Of a DNA stretch of 64,000 nt, positions 40,045-49,954 are shown piece after piece (position 1 is the stretch's first letter; each line of letters starts with the position of its first letter). The notes under the pieces were generated by a model. That model worked only from the letters and a program-made list of their open reading frames with translations, was not told where the DNA came from and searched no databases. The translations under genes were made by a program, and so were the position numbers. Location: positions 175 to 64,174 of the forward strand of contig JAQBYG010000003.1 in NCBI GenBank assembly GCA_027620445.1, read 5' to 3'. The stretch comes from a bacterium (lineage in GTDB: Bacteria; Patescibacteriota; Microgenomatia; UBA1400; PJMF01).

Positions 40045-40691
40045 GTTTTTCGCTGTTGTTCTCGCCACTCCAAAATGGCTTGATGATCCCCACTCAGTAA
40101 CACCTCCGGCACACAATGTCCTTCAAACTCCTCTGGTCTAGTGTACTGCGGATAGCCTAAAACGCCTGGCTCGCTATGGGATTCACCCTGATTGCTCTCG
40201 GGATTACCAAGTACGCCAGGTAGCAAACGGACAACACTTTCTGCAACAACCATGGCCGCCACCTCACCACCCATGAGGACATAATTGCCAATCCGTTTTT
40301 CTTCGTCTATGTAATGCTCTACCACCCGCTCGTCTACTCCCTCATAGTGGCCGCAAATGAGAATAAGCTCATCGAGCTCTGCATAGCGGAGCGCGTCTGA
40401 CTGTGTGTAGGCAGAACCCTGAGCAGACAGAAGCACAATCTTGCTCCCTTTTTGTCCGGGTTTGGCACCTAGAGCTTGGAGCGCTCGAGCGATAGGTTCG
40501 ACTTTTAGGACCATTCCTGCCCCACCACCATATGGTCTGTCGTCAGTTACTCTGTGTTTGTCTGTCGTGTACTCGCGAATGTTGGTATTGGTAACCAAGA
40601 TCTTCTTTGCAGCAATTGCCCGCTTGAACAGCGAAGTTTCCAAACCTGAGGTAAAATACTCAGGAAAGAGTGAGAGTAGTTTCAAGTGCAT
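40041..40691 (-). CDS. trmD: tRNA (guanine37-N1)-methyltransferase
   Basis: LSLFPEYFTSGLETSLFKRA...DDRPYGGGAGMVLKVEP are TrmD SPOUT motifs. Start taken at the Met at 40691 (MHLKLLSLFPE) rather than the track start at 40736. Confidence 0.85.
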   Translation of the reverse strand: MHLKLLSLFPEYFTSGLETSLFKRAIAAKKILVTNTNIREYTTDKHRVTDDRPYGGGAGMVLKVEPIARALQALGAKPGQKGSKIVLLSAQGSAYTQSDALRYAELDELILICGHYEGVDERVVEHYIDEEKRIGNYVLMGGEVAAMVVAESVVRLLPGVLGNPESNQGESHSEPGVLGYPQYTRPEEFEGHCVPEVLLSGDHQAILEWREQQRKT

Positions 40692-40721
40692 AAGAGATAG
40701 TATACTTGATACGAGAGTACT

Positions 40722-41801
40722 ATGCCGGTAACCCAAAATTCTTCAAGTCTGTCGAGAGCAACCATGATTGGTCGTGCAGTGGTCAAGTGGGGAGTCATTT
40801 CACTCGTCGCTATGATCGTGGGCCGAGTACTTATAAGCTCATTGATTGCGTTTTGGAAAGCCATGAATCCTCCCAAGCCAGAGCCGCCAACAGTTGGATT
40901 TGGGGTATTACCAAGTATTGTGTTCGACAAATCACTTTCTAAATCACCAACCAGTTACTCTCTCGAGTTGCCAACCGGTGAATTTCCCGAGTTTCCAGAT
41001 CGGGCAAAAGTGTTCCTGTACTCTCAGGCCGCGCCAAGTTTGCTCGCAGACCAAGAAGCAAAAGAAATTGCAAATGCGTATGACTTTGTCTTTGCACCTG
41101 AAGTGGTGAGTGACAATGTGTACCGCTGGACCAAAACACTGCCGCTGAGTAGCATTTTTGAAATGGATGTAAATACTCACCAGTTCTCCTTGAGCACAGA
41201 CTATATGAATCGGCCAGAGCTGCTCGCGGATCCCAAGTTACCTGATGGGTTTCAGGCGGTGCAAACGGTTAAACAGTTCTTGAGTAGCGGAGGATTACTA
41301 CCTGAAGATGTCGCGACAAGTTCTGGCGACATTGCGTACCAGAAGTTGATTGGCAGAGAGCTAAAAACTGCCGTCTCCGCCTCTGATGCTGAGTTCATTC
41401 AAGTTGATATCAATCGATCACCTGTCGACGAGAAATATCCAATGTACACACCTCATAAAGGACGAGGTATCGTCCATGCCATCATCGCTGGCGGACTCTC
41501 AGGAGATAACTCTATTGTAGAACTACAGTACAACTACTTCCCGACCTTTTCATCACTTGTTCATACCTATCCACTCAGATCTGTTCAGTCAGCATGGGAA
41601 ATTTTGCAGGCAGGGGAAGGCTACGTGGCGCCACAATTTACAGGACAAAAAGCTGCCATTCGCAAAGTGGGCCTTGGCTACTTTGATGACTTTTCCTTTC
41701 AACCATATCTGCAGCCAATCTATGTCTTTGAAGGAGATGATGACTTTATTGGCTATGTTCCTGCGGTAAGTGCAGAGTTTACTTTAAGGCAACAACAATG
41801 A
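40722..41801 (+). CDS. Hypothetical membrane-anchored extracytoplasmic protein
   Basis: N-terminal TM segment (VISLVAMIVGRVLISSLIAFW), then a roughly 300-aa domain with no recognisable motif. Confidence 0.4.
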   Translation: MPVTQNSSSLSRATMIGRAVVKWGVISLVAMIVGRVLISSLIAFWKAMNPPKPEPPTVGFGVLPSIVFDKSLSKSPTSYSLELPTGEFPEFPDRAKVFLYSQAAPSLLADQEAKEIANAYDFVFAPEVVSDNVYRWTKTLPLSSIFEMDVNTHQFSLSTDYMNRPELLADPKLPDGFQAVQTVKQFLSSGGLLPEDVATSSGDIAYQKLIGRELKTAVSASDAEFIQVDINRSPVDEKYPMYTPHKGRGIVHAIIAGGLSGDNSIVELQYNYFPTFSSLVHTYPLRSVQSAWEILQAGEGYVAPQFTGQKAAIRKVGLGYFDDFSFQPYLQPIYVFEGDDDFIGYVPAVSAEFTLRQQQ

Positions 41802-43237
41802 GCACTCACGCGATCGTTCGAACTCGCATGGCGCCGAGCCCAACCGGCGAAATGCATGTGGGCGGCATGGCGATGCTGCTCAAGAACTATGCCTACGCCA
41901 AAAGACATGGTGGCAAATTTATTTTAAGAATCGAAGACACAGATCAAACTCGAGAAGTGCCCGGCGCTGTCGGTCGCATCCTCGATGTGATTAAAGCATA
42001 CGGCCTATCTTGGGATGAAGGACCGGATATAGACGGACCATTTGCTCCGTATACACAGTCACAACGTTTGCCGCTGTACAAGCAGCATGCAGAACAATTA
42101 ATTGCGGCTAATCAAGCCTACTACTGTTTTTGCAGCAAAGAACGCTTAGAACAACTACGCGAAGATCAGATGGCTAGTAAACAGCAGCCAAAGTATGACG
42201 GACACTGCCGAGTACTAGGTTCTGATGAAGTTGCAAAGCGTCTTGCCAACGGTGAACCAAGCGTCATTCGCTTGAAAGTTCCCAAGGACGAGCAGATTCA
42301 CTACACCGATTTAATACGCGGAGAGATCACAGTTTCTGGCGCTGATGTCGATGATCAAGTACTACTCAAAACAGATGGCTTTCCCACGTATCACCTTGCG
42401 GTTGTCGTGGACGATCATGCTATGCAGATTTCTCATATCTTGCGCGGCGAAGAGTGGTTGAGCTCAACACCAAAACACGTGCTCCTCTACAAAGCTTTTG
42501 GTTGGCAAGCACCAATCTTTGCCCATATCCCCATTTTTTTGAATCCTGATGGTAAGGGGAAAATGAGTAAGCGCAAGGGTGAGGTCGCTGCTCAGTCGTT
42601 CTTAGACAAAGGATACTTGCCCGAGGCCGTGTTAAACTTTTTTATGTTGCTTGGCTGGGGACATCCTGAACAAAAAGAAGTGATCTCCCTCGATGAGTAC
42701 ATCCAGAACTTTGATCCGGCCGACATTAGTTCGAAATCTGTCGTGTTTGATTTAGTCAAGCTGCAGTGGTTGAACGGGGTATACATACGAGCACTTTCAG
42801 CCGATGAGTTGTTAGAAAAGTTACAACCGTTTATACCTGCCGACTGCCCGGCGAATCTAGCAAAAGACATTTTGCCGCTCATTCACGAACGCCTTTCGAT
42901 ACTGAGCGAGTTTGAAGAGCTTAGTTCCTTCTTCTATCGCAACATTACCGTTGATCCTCAAGTTCTGAGCAAGAAAGCAACACCAGAACTAGTTCGCGAA
43001 CAGATAGAGACAACTATCCTTGAGTTGGAGAAACTTCCAGATTGGAATGAGCAGGAAATCGAGAACACTGTCCGCCAGCTCCAAGAAAAAAATGACTGGA
43101 AACGAGGACAGTACTTTATGCTGCTTCGCTTGAGTGTTAGTGGACAACAGGCCACACCTCCGCTTTTTACTATGATTGTCGTCCTGGGAAAAGAAAAAAC
43201 ACTCGAACGATTGCGTTCTGCGGGGAAACAGATCTAG
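41798..43237 (+). CDS. gltX: Glutamate--tRNA ligase
   Basis: Class I HIGH region PSPTGEMHVGG and the KMSKRKG (KMSKS) motif. 479 aa, with ATGA overlap to the upstream gene. Confidence 0.9.
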   Translation: MSTHAIVRTRMAPSPTGEMHVGGMAMLLKNYAYAKRHGGKFILRIEDTDQTREVPGAVGRILDVIKAYGLSWDEGPDIDGPFAPYTQSQRLPLYKQHAEQLIAANQAYYCFCSKERLEQLREDQMASKQQPKYDGHCRVLGSDEVAKRLANGEPSVIRLKVPKDEQIHYTDLIRGEITVSGADVDDQVLLKTDGFPTYHLAVVVDDHAMQISHILRGEEWLSSTPKHVLLYKAFGWQAPIFAHIPIFLNPDGKGKMSKRKGEVAAQSFLDKGYLPEAVLNFFMLLGWGHPEQKEVISLDEYIQNFDPADISSKSVVFDLVKLQWLNGVYIRALSADELLEKLQPFIPADCPANLAKDILPLIHERLSILSEFEELSSFFYRNITVDPQVLSKKATPELVREQIETTILELEKLPDWNEQEIENTVRQLQEKNDWKRGQYFMLLRLSVSGQQATPPLFTMIVVLGKEKTLERLRSAGKQI

Positions 43238-43246
43238 AAATCCAAT

Positions 43247-43981
43247 ATGCCGCCCCTCCCTGCCACCAGCTTATACTCACTCGAACTACTCGATACTCTG
43301 CTACAAAAAAAGCAAGCTGAGTTCGCTGTGACTTTTCCTGAGAAGCCGGTAACACAGCAAATAAACAATCCACAACCTACGCCTGAACCTGAAAGAGATG
43401 AGATCTTCGCAAAGTTAGAAACAGCAGCGTCCTCTTTGAGCCAATTATCCGAAAAGGAACTGCTCTATCTGGAACAACAAGTTTCTGATTTACTCGGGTT
43501 TGAGGTCACGAGTTCTCTTGATGACCAGCGCTTGACTCACACGTTTGGCAAGATTCAGGCGCTTGCGGAGTTTGTGCTTCAGCCACATCAAAACACGGTT
43601 TCAACACCAGCTGTTCGAGGAGCAAACATGCAAGCTACTCGACCGACACTCGGATGGGCTAAAAAGCCCCCCGAGAACGGCGAAAAGCACTTCCTTCTCG
43701 CCAATCACTTATTATTGCTTGAAGACTGGCATCTTAAGTACGCCCACTACAAAAACTGGTATAAGTGGCGCAAGCTGCTTGTTTTGAATCCATTTAATCG
43801 CGTCGCTGTAATAGTCGAGTTGGCCTCATTCACCCTACCAAATCCCATGCAGTATCAATTCGGCGGTTCACCTGATGTCATCCGTGCTTCCCAAGCCTGG
43901 TCACCAGAAGCGCAGGGACACGTTTGTGTGTTTTTTATACCAGAAGAAATTGCCATCAAGCCTGGATTACACAAAATATGA
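43247..43981 (+). CDS. Hypothetical protein
   Basis: 244 aa. Low-complexity Q/P-rich N-terminus, then a Trp/His-rich C-terminal half (HFLLANHLLLLEDWHLKYAHYKNWYKW) that I cannot place in a family. Confidence 0.35.
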   Translation: MPPLPATSLYSLELLDTLLQKKQAEFAVTFPEKPVTQQINNPQPTPEPERDEIFAKLETAASSLSQLSEKELLYLEQQVSDLLGFEVTSSLDDQRLTHTFGKIQALAEFVLQPHQNTVSTPAVRGANMQATRPTLGWAKKPPENGEKHFLLANHLLLLEDWHLKYAHYKNWYKWRKLLVLNPFNRVAVIVELASFTLPNPMQYQFGGSPDVIRASQAWSPEAQGHVCVFFIPEEIAIKPGLHKI

Positions 43982-44316
43982 ATACATTGTGGTTCGAACA
44001 GTATGCCTCAGACAGCCTCTTTAACTCAGTGGTTGATGGGTTTGTAGAAGTGCAGCAAGTTGCAGCAAGTCAAAAGCTGCTTGCCATTTTAGAGCTAGCA
44101 GCAAAAGCTCTCTTGATTGAAGAAACTGAAGAAGCGTATCAGGCAGACGTAGCCCAGTTACTAAGCACCGGCTCTGCAGAAGAGATCAACGACTGGCTCG
44201 TAAACCAACCACTTTCGATTATCAACTCGCTCAAAGAACGTCTTGATCGCACAATTCTCCAAGTGCAGGCGCAGCTTGCAGCAAAGGGTAGCTCAGTTAT
44301 ACTCCAATCAACATGA
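43978..44316 (+). CDS. Hypothetical protein (113 aa)
   Basis: Start taken at the ATG at 43978 (ATGA overlap with the upstream stop) rather than track 43924. Acidic and helical, with no motif. Confidence 0.3.
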   Translation: MNTLWFEQYASDSLFNSVVDGFVEVQQVAASQKLLAILELAAKALLIEETEEAYQADVAQLLSTGSAEEINDWLVNQPLSIINSLKERLDRTILQVQAQLAAKGSSVILQST

Positions 44317-44702
44317 TTCAGGTCAATTTATTTGTCGGCTCAAGATACCCAGTCAATCGTAAAAAAATACGACAACGGGCGAGCACCTTTCTCCAAAGTC
44401 ACGGCGTAGAACACGCACAAATAGACATTTCCATTGTCGGAAAACGCAAAATCCAAGAACTCAATGAGTCAAAGTTGCAGCACGATGGCACAACCGACGT
44501 ACTTTCTTTTCCCCAACACGAAAAAGAACAGCTCAATGACTTTCCGTTACCAAGTGGTGTCCCACCTCATCTGGGAGACGTAGTCATTAGCTTTCCTGAA
44601 GCTGTTCGCACCGCGCGCAGATATGGTAAGCTGGTCGATGAGCAGCTTTGTTTCTATCTCGAACACAGCATTATGCACCTGCTCGGCTATCATCACGAAT
44701 AA
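44313..44702 (+). CDS. ybeY: rRNA maturation endoribonuclease YbeY
   Basis: C-terminal HSIMHLLGYHHE is the H-x3-H-x5-H zinc motif, and DVLSFP lies upstream. 129 aa. Confidence 0.8.
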   Translation: MIQVNLFVGSRYPVNRKKIRQRASTFLQSHGVEHAQIDISIVGKRKIQELNESKLQHDGTTDVLSFPQHEKEQLNDFPLPSGVPPHLGDVVISFPEAVRTARRYGKLVDEQLCFYLEHSIMHLLGYHHE

Positions 44703-44704
44703 GT

Positions 44705-46189
44705 ATGAACTGGAATCGTCAATACCGCCCTGCTCGAGTTGCTGATCTGCATTTGGCGACTGCGCGCGATCAGTTGTTACAAATGCTCAAAAGCGGCTCA
44801 ATTCCCCAAGCATTGCTCTTTGCAGGACCAAAAGGTACAGGCAAAACTACCGCCGCACGCATCTTGGCAGCTGTCCTGAATGATGAAGCCAATCGGAAAG
44901 AGAAGCGCAAACAATCAGAAAGCCTCAGCGATGTGAGTGATCAATCTGATGAGCAAGCTCGTATCTTGGCAGGCACTTCCTTTTTGGTACGCGAGCTCGA
45001 CGCAGCCAGCAACCGAGGCATAGACGACGTTCGCCAGCTCAAAGAAGCAGCTTTTACCCCACCACCGCTTGGAGAAAAGAGTGTGTATATTCTCGATGAA
45101 GCTCACATGCTCACAACTGAGGCTTGGAATGCACTCCTCAAACTCTTGGAGGAACCACCAGCACATGCCGTCTTTATTTTGGCAACAACTGAGTTGCAAA
45201 AAATTCCCGGTACCATTCGCTCACGTTGTCGAGAAGTTCTTTTTTCCCAAGCCAGCATAGAGGAAATCGCAAAGGCACTGTCAAAAGTTGCCAAGAGTGA
45301 AAAACTGAACATTCCAGAGAAAATTACGCAACAAATCGCTGAGGCTGCAGGAGGTAGTTTTCGAGACGGCATAAAACTGCTCGAGCAAATTGCAACAGTA
45401 AAGATCTCAGACACTCAGAGCATGGCAGAGCTTCTCGGCAAACAAACAACAGATGACTACACCAAGTTACTTACAGTAGTCATGGCAAAAGTGCCGCAAG
45501 ATGTCTTGTCTTTTTTTGATGGACTACGGGCGAACAACACCGACGAACACGCGTTTCTCAAGGGGTTTCTTGGCTTCCTACACGATCAACTCGTCAGAAG
45601 CTACACAGATACCGACAAAGCAATTACATCTTCCACCATTTTGAAGTACCTACTGACACAGCTGCAAACAGTGTCTTCAGGCCCGCACTCCCCACTCCCC
45701 CACCTGACCCTTGAACTTGCGCTACTCAATATGATTACAAAATCGGGTGACAAACAACAGAGTACGCCCCCCTCAAGTACGCCAAAAAAGACTGAGACAG
45801 CTGCTGTACCCAAATCGTCGACAGTGAAATCGCAACTCAGCGCAGCAAGTATCTCCAGTCATACCGGCGACGCTAAGAAAGTGTGCGAAAGATGGGAAGA
45901 GATTTTAACAACCTGCACAGAACAAAATTTTGGCCTGGCAACACTCCTCAGATCAGCTAAGGCAATTGCGCCAACAAAACACACGCTAGAAATCCAGGTC
46001 TACTATGATTTCCACCGAGAACAACTCATGGCACCCAAATTCTTTCTAACACTCAATACCATTATTGAAACTGTGTCTGGAGGCAGTTTATTGCTCTCAA
46101 TCACCACAACCCCCACTCCTGATGATGCGCAGTTGCAAGAAGTCGCTCAAACACCACTTAAGCAACTAGCTGTTGCTGCTCTCATGTAG
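44705..46189 (+). CDS. dnaX: DNA polymerase III subunit gamma/tau
   Basis: MNWNRQYRPARVADL start, then LLFAGPKGTGKTTAARILA (Walker A) and the LDEAHMLT box. Followed by ybaB, as in most bacteria. Confidence 0.8.
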   Translation: MNWNRQYRPARVADLHLATARDQLLQMLKSGSIPQALLFAGPKGTGKTTAARILAAVLNDEANRKEKRKQSESLSDVSDQSDEQARILAGTSFLVRELDAASNRGIDDVRQLKEAAFTPPPLGEKSVYILDEAHMLTTEAWNALLKLLEEPPAHAVFILATTELQKIPGTIRSRCREVLFSQASIEEIAKALSKVAKSEKLNIPEKITQQIAEAAGGSFRDGIKLLEQIATVKISDTQSMAELLGKQTTDDYTKLLTVVMAKVPQDVLSFFDGLRANNTDEHAFLKGFLGFLHDQLVRSYTDTDKAITSSTILKYLLTQLQTVSSGPHSPLPHLTLELALLNMITKSGDKQQSTPPSSTPKKTETAAVPKSSTVKSQLSAASISSHTGDAKKVCERWEEILTTCTEQNFGLATLLRSAKAIAPTKHTLEIQVYYDFHREQLMAPKFFLTLNTIIETVSGGSLLLSITTTPTPDDAQLQEVAQTPLKQLAVAALM

Positions 46190-46219
46190 TAGAATTGGCC
46201 GAAACATAGAAAGGCTACC

Positions 46220-46507
46220 ATGGCAAATCCATTCAAGGCACTCGGAGACATAAACAAATTACGACAGCAAGCAAAGCAGATGCAATCTGAGCTTGCCGCA
46301 GAGGAGATTCGTGTTGAAAAAGGTGACATCGTTGTCGTGATCTCTGGCGATCAAAAAATAAAGCAGTTTTCGGTGCAAGGCATTACTAGTAGTGATGCAA
46401 TCGAAACACTCAATGATGCTATCAAGCAATCACAGCAATTGGCAGCCAAAAAACTCTCGAGCATGACCGGTGGACTTGGTAGTATGTTGGGTGGTGGCGG
46501 AAATTAA
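46220..46507 (+). CDS. ybaB: Nucleoid-associated protein YbaB/EbfC
   Basis: 95 aa. MANPFKALGDINKLRQQAKQMQSEL is typical of the YbaB family, and it sits downstream of dnaX. Confidence 0.8.
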   Translation: MANPFKALGDINKLRQQAKQMQSELAAEEIRVEKGDIVVVISGDQKIKQFSVQGITSSDAIETLNDAIKQSQQLAAKKLSSMTGGLGSMLGGGGN

Positions 46508-47094
46508 TGCGTCTTTTGGTAGCCACACAAAACCAAGGAAAACAGCAAGAACTCAGATCTCTCCTCTCGCTGTCTGGAGTTGAGCTGGTGTTTCCGAATG
46601 AGTTACCCTCTGTTGCAAACCTAGACGTTGTAGAAGACGGCAGTACGTTCGCTGAAAACGCAGAGCTTAAAGCACGTGCATTTGCTCAAGCTAGCAAGCT
46701 CCTGAGTGTTGCTGAGGACACAGGTTTGCAGGTCAGAGCGCTGGGTAATAAACCGGGGGTCGCAAGTAAGCGCTGGCATTTAGGGAGCGATCTAGACAGA
46801 AATCAGGCGCTTCTCGAACAACTGAACGACAAGACAGATCGTTTTGCCGAGTTTGTAACTGTTGCTTGTCTCTTTGACCCTGTGACAAAAAGTCCTGAAT
46901 ACTTTGTTGGAAAAATGACAGGCAGCATCTCGAGCACAATTGCAGTCGGTACAGGCTTCGGATACGATCCAATTTTTATACCGACCGGAGAGACAAAAAC
47001 ACTAGCCGAGCTAGGGATGGCAGTAAAAAATGCTATCTCACACCGAGCACACGCATTCAAAAAAGTACGATCATATCTAGAGAAAGCACTGTGA
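46507..47094 (+). CDS. rdgB: Non-canonical purine NTP pyrophosphatase (RdgB/Ham1/ITPase)
   Basis: LLVATQNQGKQQEL matches the AT-x-N-x-GK-x2-E motif of Ham1-family enzymes. 195 aa. Confidence 0.75.
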   Translation: MRLLVATQNQGKQQELRSLLSLSGVELVFPNELPSVANLDVVEDGSTFAENAELKARAFAQASKLLSVAEDTGLQVRALGNKPGVASKRWHLGSDLDRNQALLEQLNDKTDRFAEFVTVACLFDPVTKSPEYFVGKMTGSISSTIAVGTGFGYDPIFIPTGETKTLAELGMAVKNAISHRAHAFKKVRSYLEKAL

Positions 47095-48299
47095 AACAAC
47101 CATACGAACCACCAGCAAAAATCCTCTCCAACTATGCAAAAGTTCTCGTACATTTTGCCCTCGGTAAGAAGGAAGGCATCGCGCGGGGCGAAGTCGTCGA
47201 GTGCATCGTGCCAGATGTTGCAAAGTCGCTCGCGCTTGCATTACAAAATGAAGTCCTCCAGGCTGGCGGCCACGTGCTCATGCGTCTCGTGCCTACCGGA
47301 TTTGAAAAAGATTTTTTCTCGCTCGCTTCCAAAGAACAGCTCACTTTTTTTCCAGCAAAGTATCTCAGAGCAAAAGCTGATCTGATTGACCACAGTGTTG
47401 TCATCATTGCAGATGTAGAGCCCTTAGAACTACAAGCAGTAGAACCGAGCAAGCTGCTTGCCGCGCGAGACTCACGCAAACCGTACCGAGATTGGTTGTT
47501 TGAAAAAGAATACAGTGGTAAGCACACCTGGACCATTGGTCTTTGGGGTGTTGAGGCCAAAGCCAAGCTAGTCGGCCTTTCATTAGAAAAATACTGGGAT
47601 CAGATTATTCATGCCTGCTTCCTAGACGCCAAAGACCCTGTCGCCGAGTGGAGAAACGTAAAAGCGCAACAAGAAAAAACACGAACTGCAGTAAACAAAC
47701 TCTCGATAGAGTCGCTACATATTACAGGCGAAGACGTTGACTTGACTCTAAAACTTGGTCCAGATCGAATTTGGAAAGGTGGCGCAGATCGAAACATCCC
47801 CAGCTTTGAGTTATTCACTTCGCCCAACTGGCAAGGAACAAACGGTTGGATCCGCTTCAATCAGCCACTGTACCGTTACAGCAATGTCATCACTGGGATT
47901 GAGCTCGAGTTTGTTGATGGGTTGGTTACAAAAGCTCGAGCAAAGACGGGTCAAAAGTTTTTGAGTGAAATGCTGAAGGTAGAAAACGCCAATAAGGTGG
48001 GAGAAGTTTCTTTCACCGATAAAAGACTTTCCCGCATTACCCATCCAATGGCAGAGACACTGTACGACGAAAACATTGGCGGACCATTTGGCAATATGCA
48101 TCTTGCGATCGGCATGGCTTACAAAGATTGCTATCGAGGTGATCCAAGCTCGCTTTCCAAGGAAGAATGGCTCAAGAGGGGCTTCAATGACTCGGCCGAG
48201 CACTCCGATATCGTTTCTACCACCGATCGTACGGTTCTCGCGACCCTAACATCTGGAGAAGAGGTTTCCCTCTATCAAAATGGCATGTATAGTATGTAG
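47091..48299 (+). CDS. Aminopeptidase, M29 (aminopeptidase T/PepS)-like
   Basis: N-terminal YAKVLVHFALGKKEGIARGEVVECIVP and overall size are consistent with thermophilic metalloprotease family M29. Assignment is tentative. Confidence 0.5.
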   Translation: MKQPYEPPAKILSNYAKVLVHFALGKKEGIARGEVVECIVPDVAKSLALALQNEVLQAGGHVLMRLVPTGFEKDFFSLASKEQLTFFPAKYLRAKADLIDHSVVIIADVEPLELQAVEPSKLLAARDSRKPYRDWLFEKEYSGKHTWTIGLWGVEAKAKLVGLSLEKYWDQIIHACFLDAKDPVAEWRNVKAQQEKTRTAVNKLSIESLHITGEDVDLTLKLGPDRIWKGGADRNIPSFELFTSPNWQGTNGWIRFNQPLYRYSNVITGIELEFVDGLVTKARAKTGQKFLSEMLKVENANKVGEVSFTDKRLSRITHPMAETLYDENIGGPFGNMHLAIGMAYKDCYRGDPSSLSKEEWLKRGFNDSAEHSDIVSTTDRTVLATLTSGEEVSLYQNGMYSM

Positions 48300-48307
48300 C
48301 TATAGTT

Positions 48308-49954
48308 ATGTCTGCCCTGACCAATACTGCCGCCCATCCCATAGCGTATTTCTGTGCCGAGTTTGGCATCGAATCTGAACTCCCGTTTTATGCGGGAGGC
48401 CTCGGCATTCTTGCCGGTGACACACTCAAGCAAGCTGCTGATGATGGTGTTCATATGGTTGGTGTCGGTCTACTCTATCGAGGAATCGGGAGTGTGCAAA
48501 GAATAACAGAGACAGGCAGGCAATATGAAGTAGACGCCGAGTTTGACCCTGTTTCCGCCGGTCTTGAGCACATTTATCACGACGAGCAACCACTGTTTAT
48601 AGGGATCAAAATTGCAGATACCAAAATTTGGTTGCGCTGCTGGAAAAAGGTGATCTCTGCTACTGTTACGTTGTATCTACTAGATACGGAGACAGAGCAA
48701 AACCTGATGCACGAACGCAATATCACCCACGAGCTGTATGCAGGCAGTCAAGAATCACAGTTAAAACAGCAATTGTTGCTCGGTATTGGTGGCGCACGAC
48801 TGCTCGACAAACTTGGGATTATCCCACGCGTTTACCATCTCAATGAAGGACGACCGAGTTTTCTTATCTGGGAACTCATTCGCCAGCTCAGAGAGCGTCA
48901 ACAGCTCATCTACCATGCTGCTTGGAGAATAGCGAAAGAAAAAATTGTCTACACCAACCACACACTTGTAGCAGCTGGAAATAATGCGTACTCGCCACAC
49001 TTGATCCGAGCGTTTGCGCAGCCCTATGGAGAGCTAGCAGATGGCAACACCGAGCTCCTCTTGTACTCTGGCTTATCGAATCAGGGAGACTACTTCTCAA
49101 ACACTATCTTCTCGCTCAACTCGTCTAGTAAAGCTTCTGGCGTCAGCAAGAACCATACGGAGCTTTCTAGACAACAGTGGCCCGAGTACCACTGGGAGTC
49201 CATTACAAATGGGGTACACTTTGGAACCTGGCAGTCACGAGCAATTGCTGCCGCACAGCAAGATCGACAGCAACTTTGGCAGTCACATCTCCAAGAAAAA
49301 GAGGCACTGCGAGCAGTCGTACAAGAACGAACTGGCTATTCCTATGATCCTAATTGGCTCGTCGTCAGTTGGGCACGGCGAATGGCAGGATACAAACGCG
49401 TCGATGCAGTTTTTGCAGACATAAATCGGCTGAGCCAAATACTCTCGAATGCAACTAGACCCGTTCTACTTCTTGTTGCGGGCAAGGCTCATATCCAGGA
49501 TCAAGCGGGCAAAGATACACTGCAAAAAATAATTTCTTACATGCAACGTGAGCTTTCGGGACACGCGCTGTTTGTGCCCGACTACAATATAGCGCTAGCT
49601 CAACACTTAACACGTGGCTCTGATGTTTGGCTCAACACTCCTGAGCAAGGTAAAGAAGCCTGTGGTACTTCTGGGATCAAAGCACTCTCAAATGGGGTCC
49701 TCCAGTGCACTGTGGCTGACGGCTGGGCGGCCGAGGTGGATTGGAGTGGGCTTGGTTGGGAGCTAGATAGTAATGAGATATCACAGCAGATCTACAGCAC
49801 ACTGGAAGAAAAAATTATTCCCACTTACTATGAACGCACGAATGAGGAATATCCGATAAAATGGGTTGAGATGATGCAGCGATCGATTAGCGCAGCAGAG
49901 CAGTTTAGTGCCGCACGCATGCTACGTGAGTATCAAGAAAAACTCTACCCATAA
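48308..49954 (+). CDS. Alpha-glucan (glycogen/maltodextrin) phosphorylase, short-form GT35
   Basis: YFCAEFGIESELPFYAGGLGILAGDTLKQAADDGVHMVGVGLLYRGI is the conserved N-terminal region of alpha-1,4-glucan phosphorylases. 548 aa. Confidence 0.7.
   Translation: MSALTNTAAHPIAYFCAEFGIESELPFYAGGLGILAGDTLKQAADDGVHMVGVGLLYRGIGSVQRITETGRQYEVDAEFDPVSAGLEHIYHDEQPLFIGIKIADTKIWLRCWKKVISATVTLYLLDTETEQNLMHERNITHELYAGSQESQLKQQLLLGIGGARLLDKLGIIPRVYHLNEGRPSFLIWELIRQLRERQQLIYHAAWRIAKEKIVYTNHTLVAAGNNAYSPHLIRAFAQPYGELADGNTELLLYSGLSNQGDYFSNTIFSLNSSSKASGVSKNHTELSRQQWPEYHWESITNGVHFGTWQSRAIAAAQQDRQQLWQSHLQEKEALRAVVQERTGYSYDPNWLVVSWARRMAGYKRVDAVFADINRLSQILSNATRPVLLLVAGKAHIQDQAGKDTLQKIISYMQRELSGHALFVPDYNIALAQHLTRGSDVWLNTPEQGKEACGTSGIKALSNGVLQCTVADGWAAEVDWSGLGWELDSNEISQQIYSTLEEKIIPTYYERTNEEYPIKWVEMMQRSISAAEQFSAARMLREYQEKLYP

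Noticed and set aside
43924-43977. Upstream extension of ORF 43924-44316 overlapping the previous gene by 58 nt
   Set aside because: The ATG at 43978 gives an ATGA stop/start overlap with ORF 43247-43981, the dominant coupling pattern in this window. The longer version is probably an ORF-finder artefact.
44648-44704. 19-codon N-terminal extension of dnaX overlapping ybeY
   Set aside because: The conserved DnaX N-terminus begins at MNWNRQYRPARVADL (ATG at 44705), immediately after the ybeY stop. The extension is in a different frame from ybeY and lacks support.
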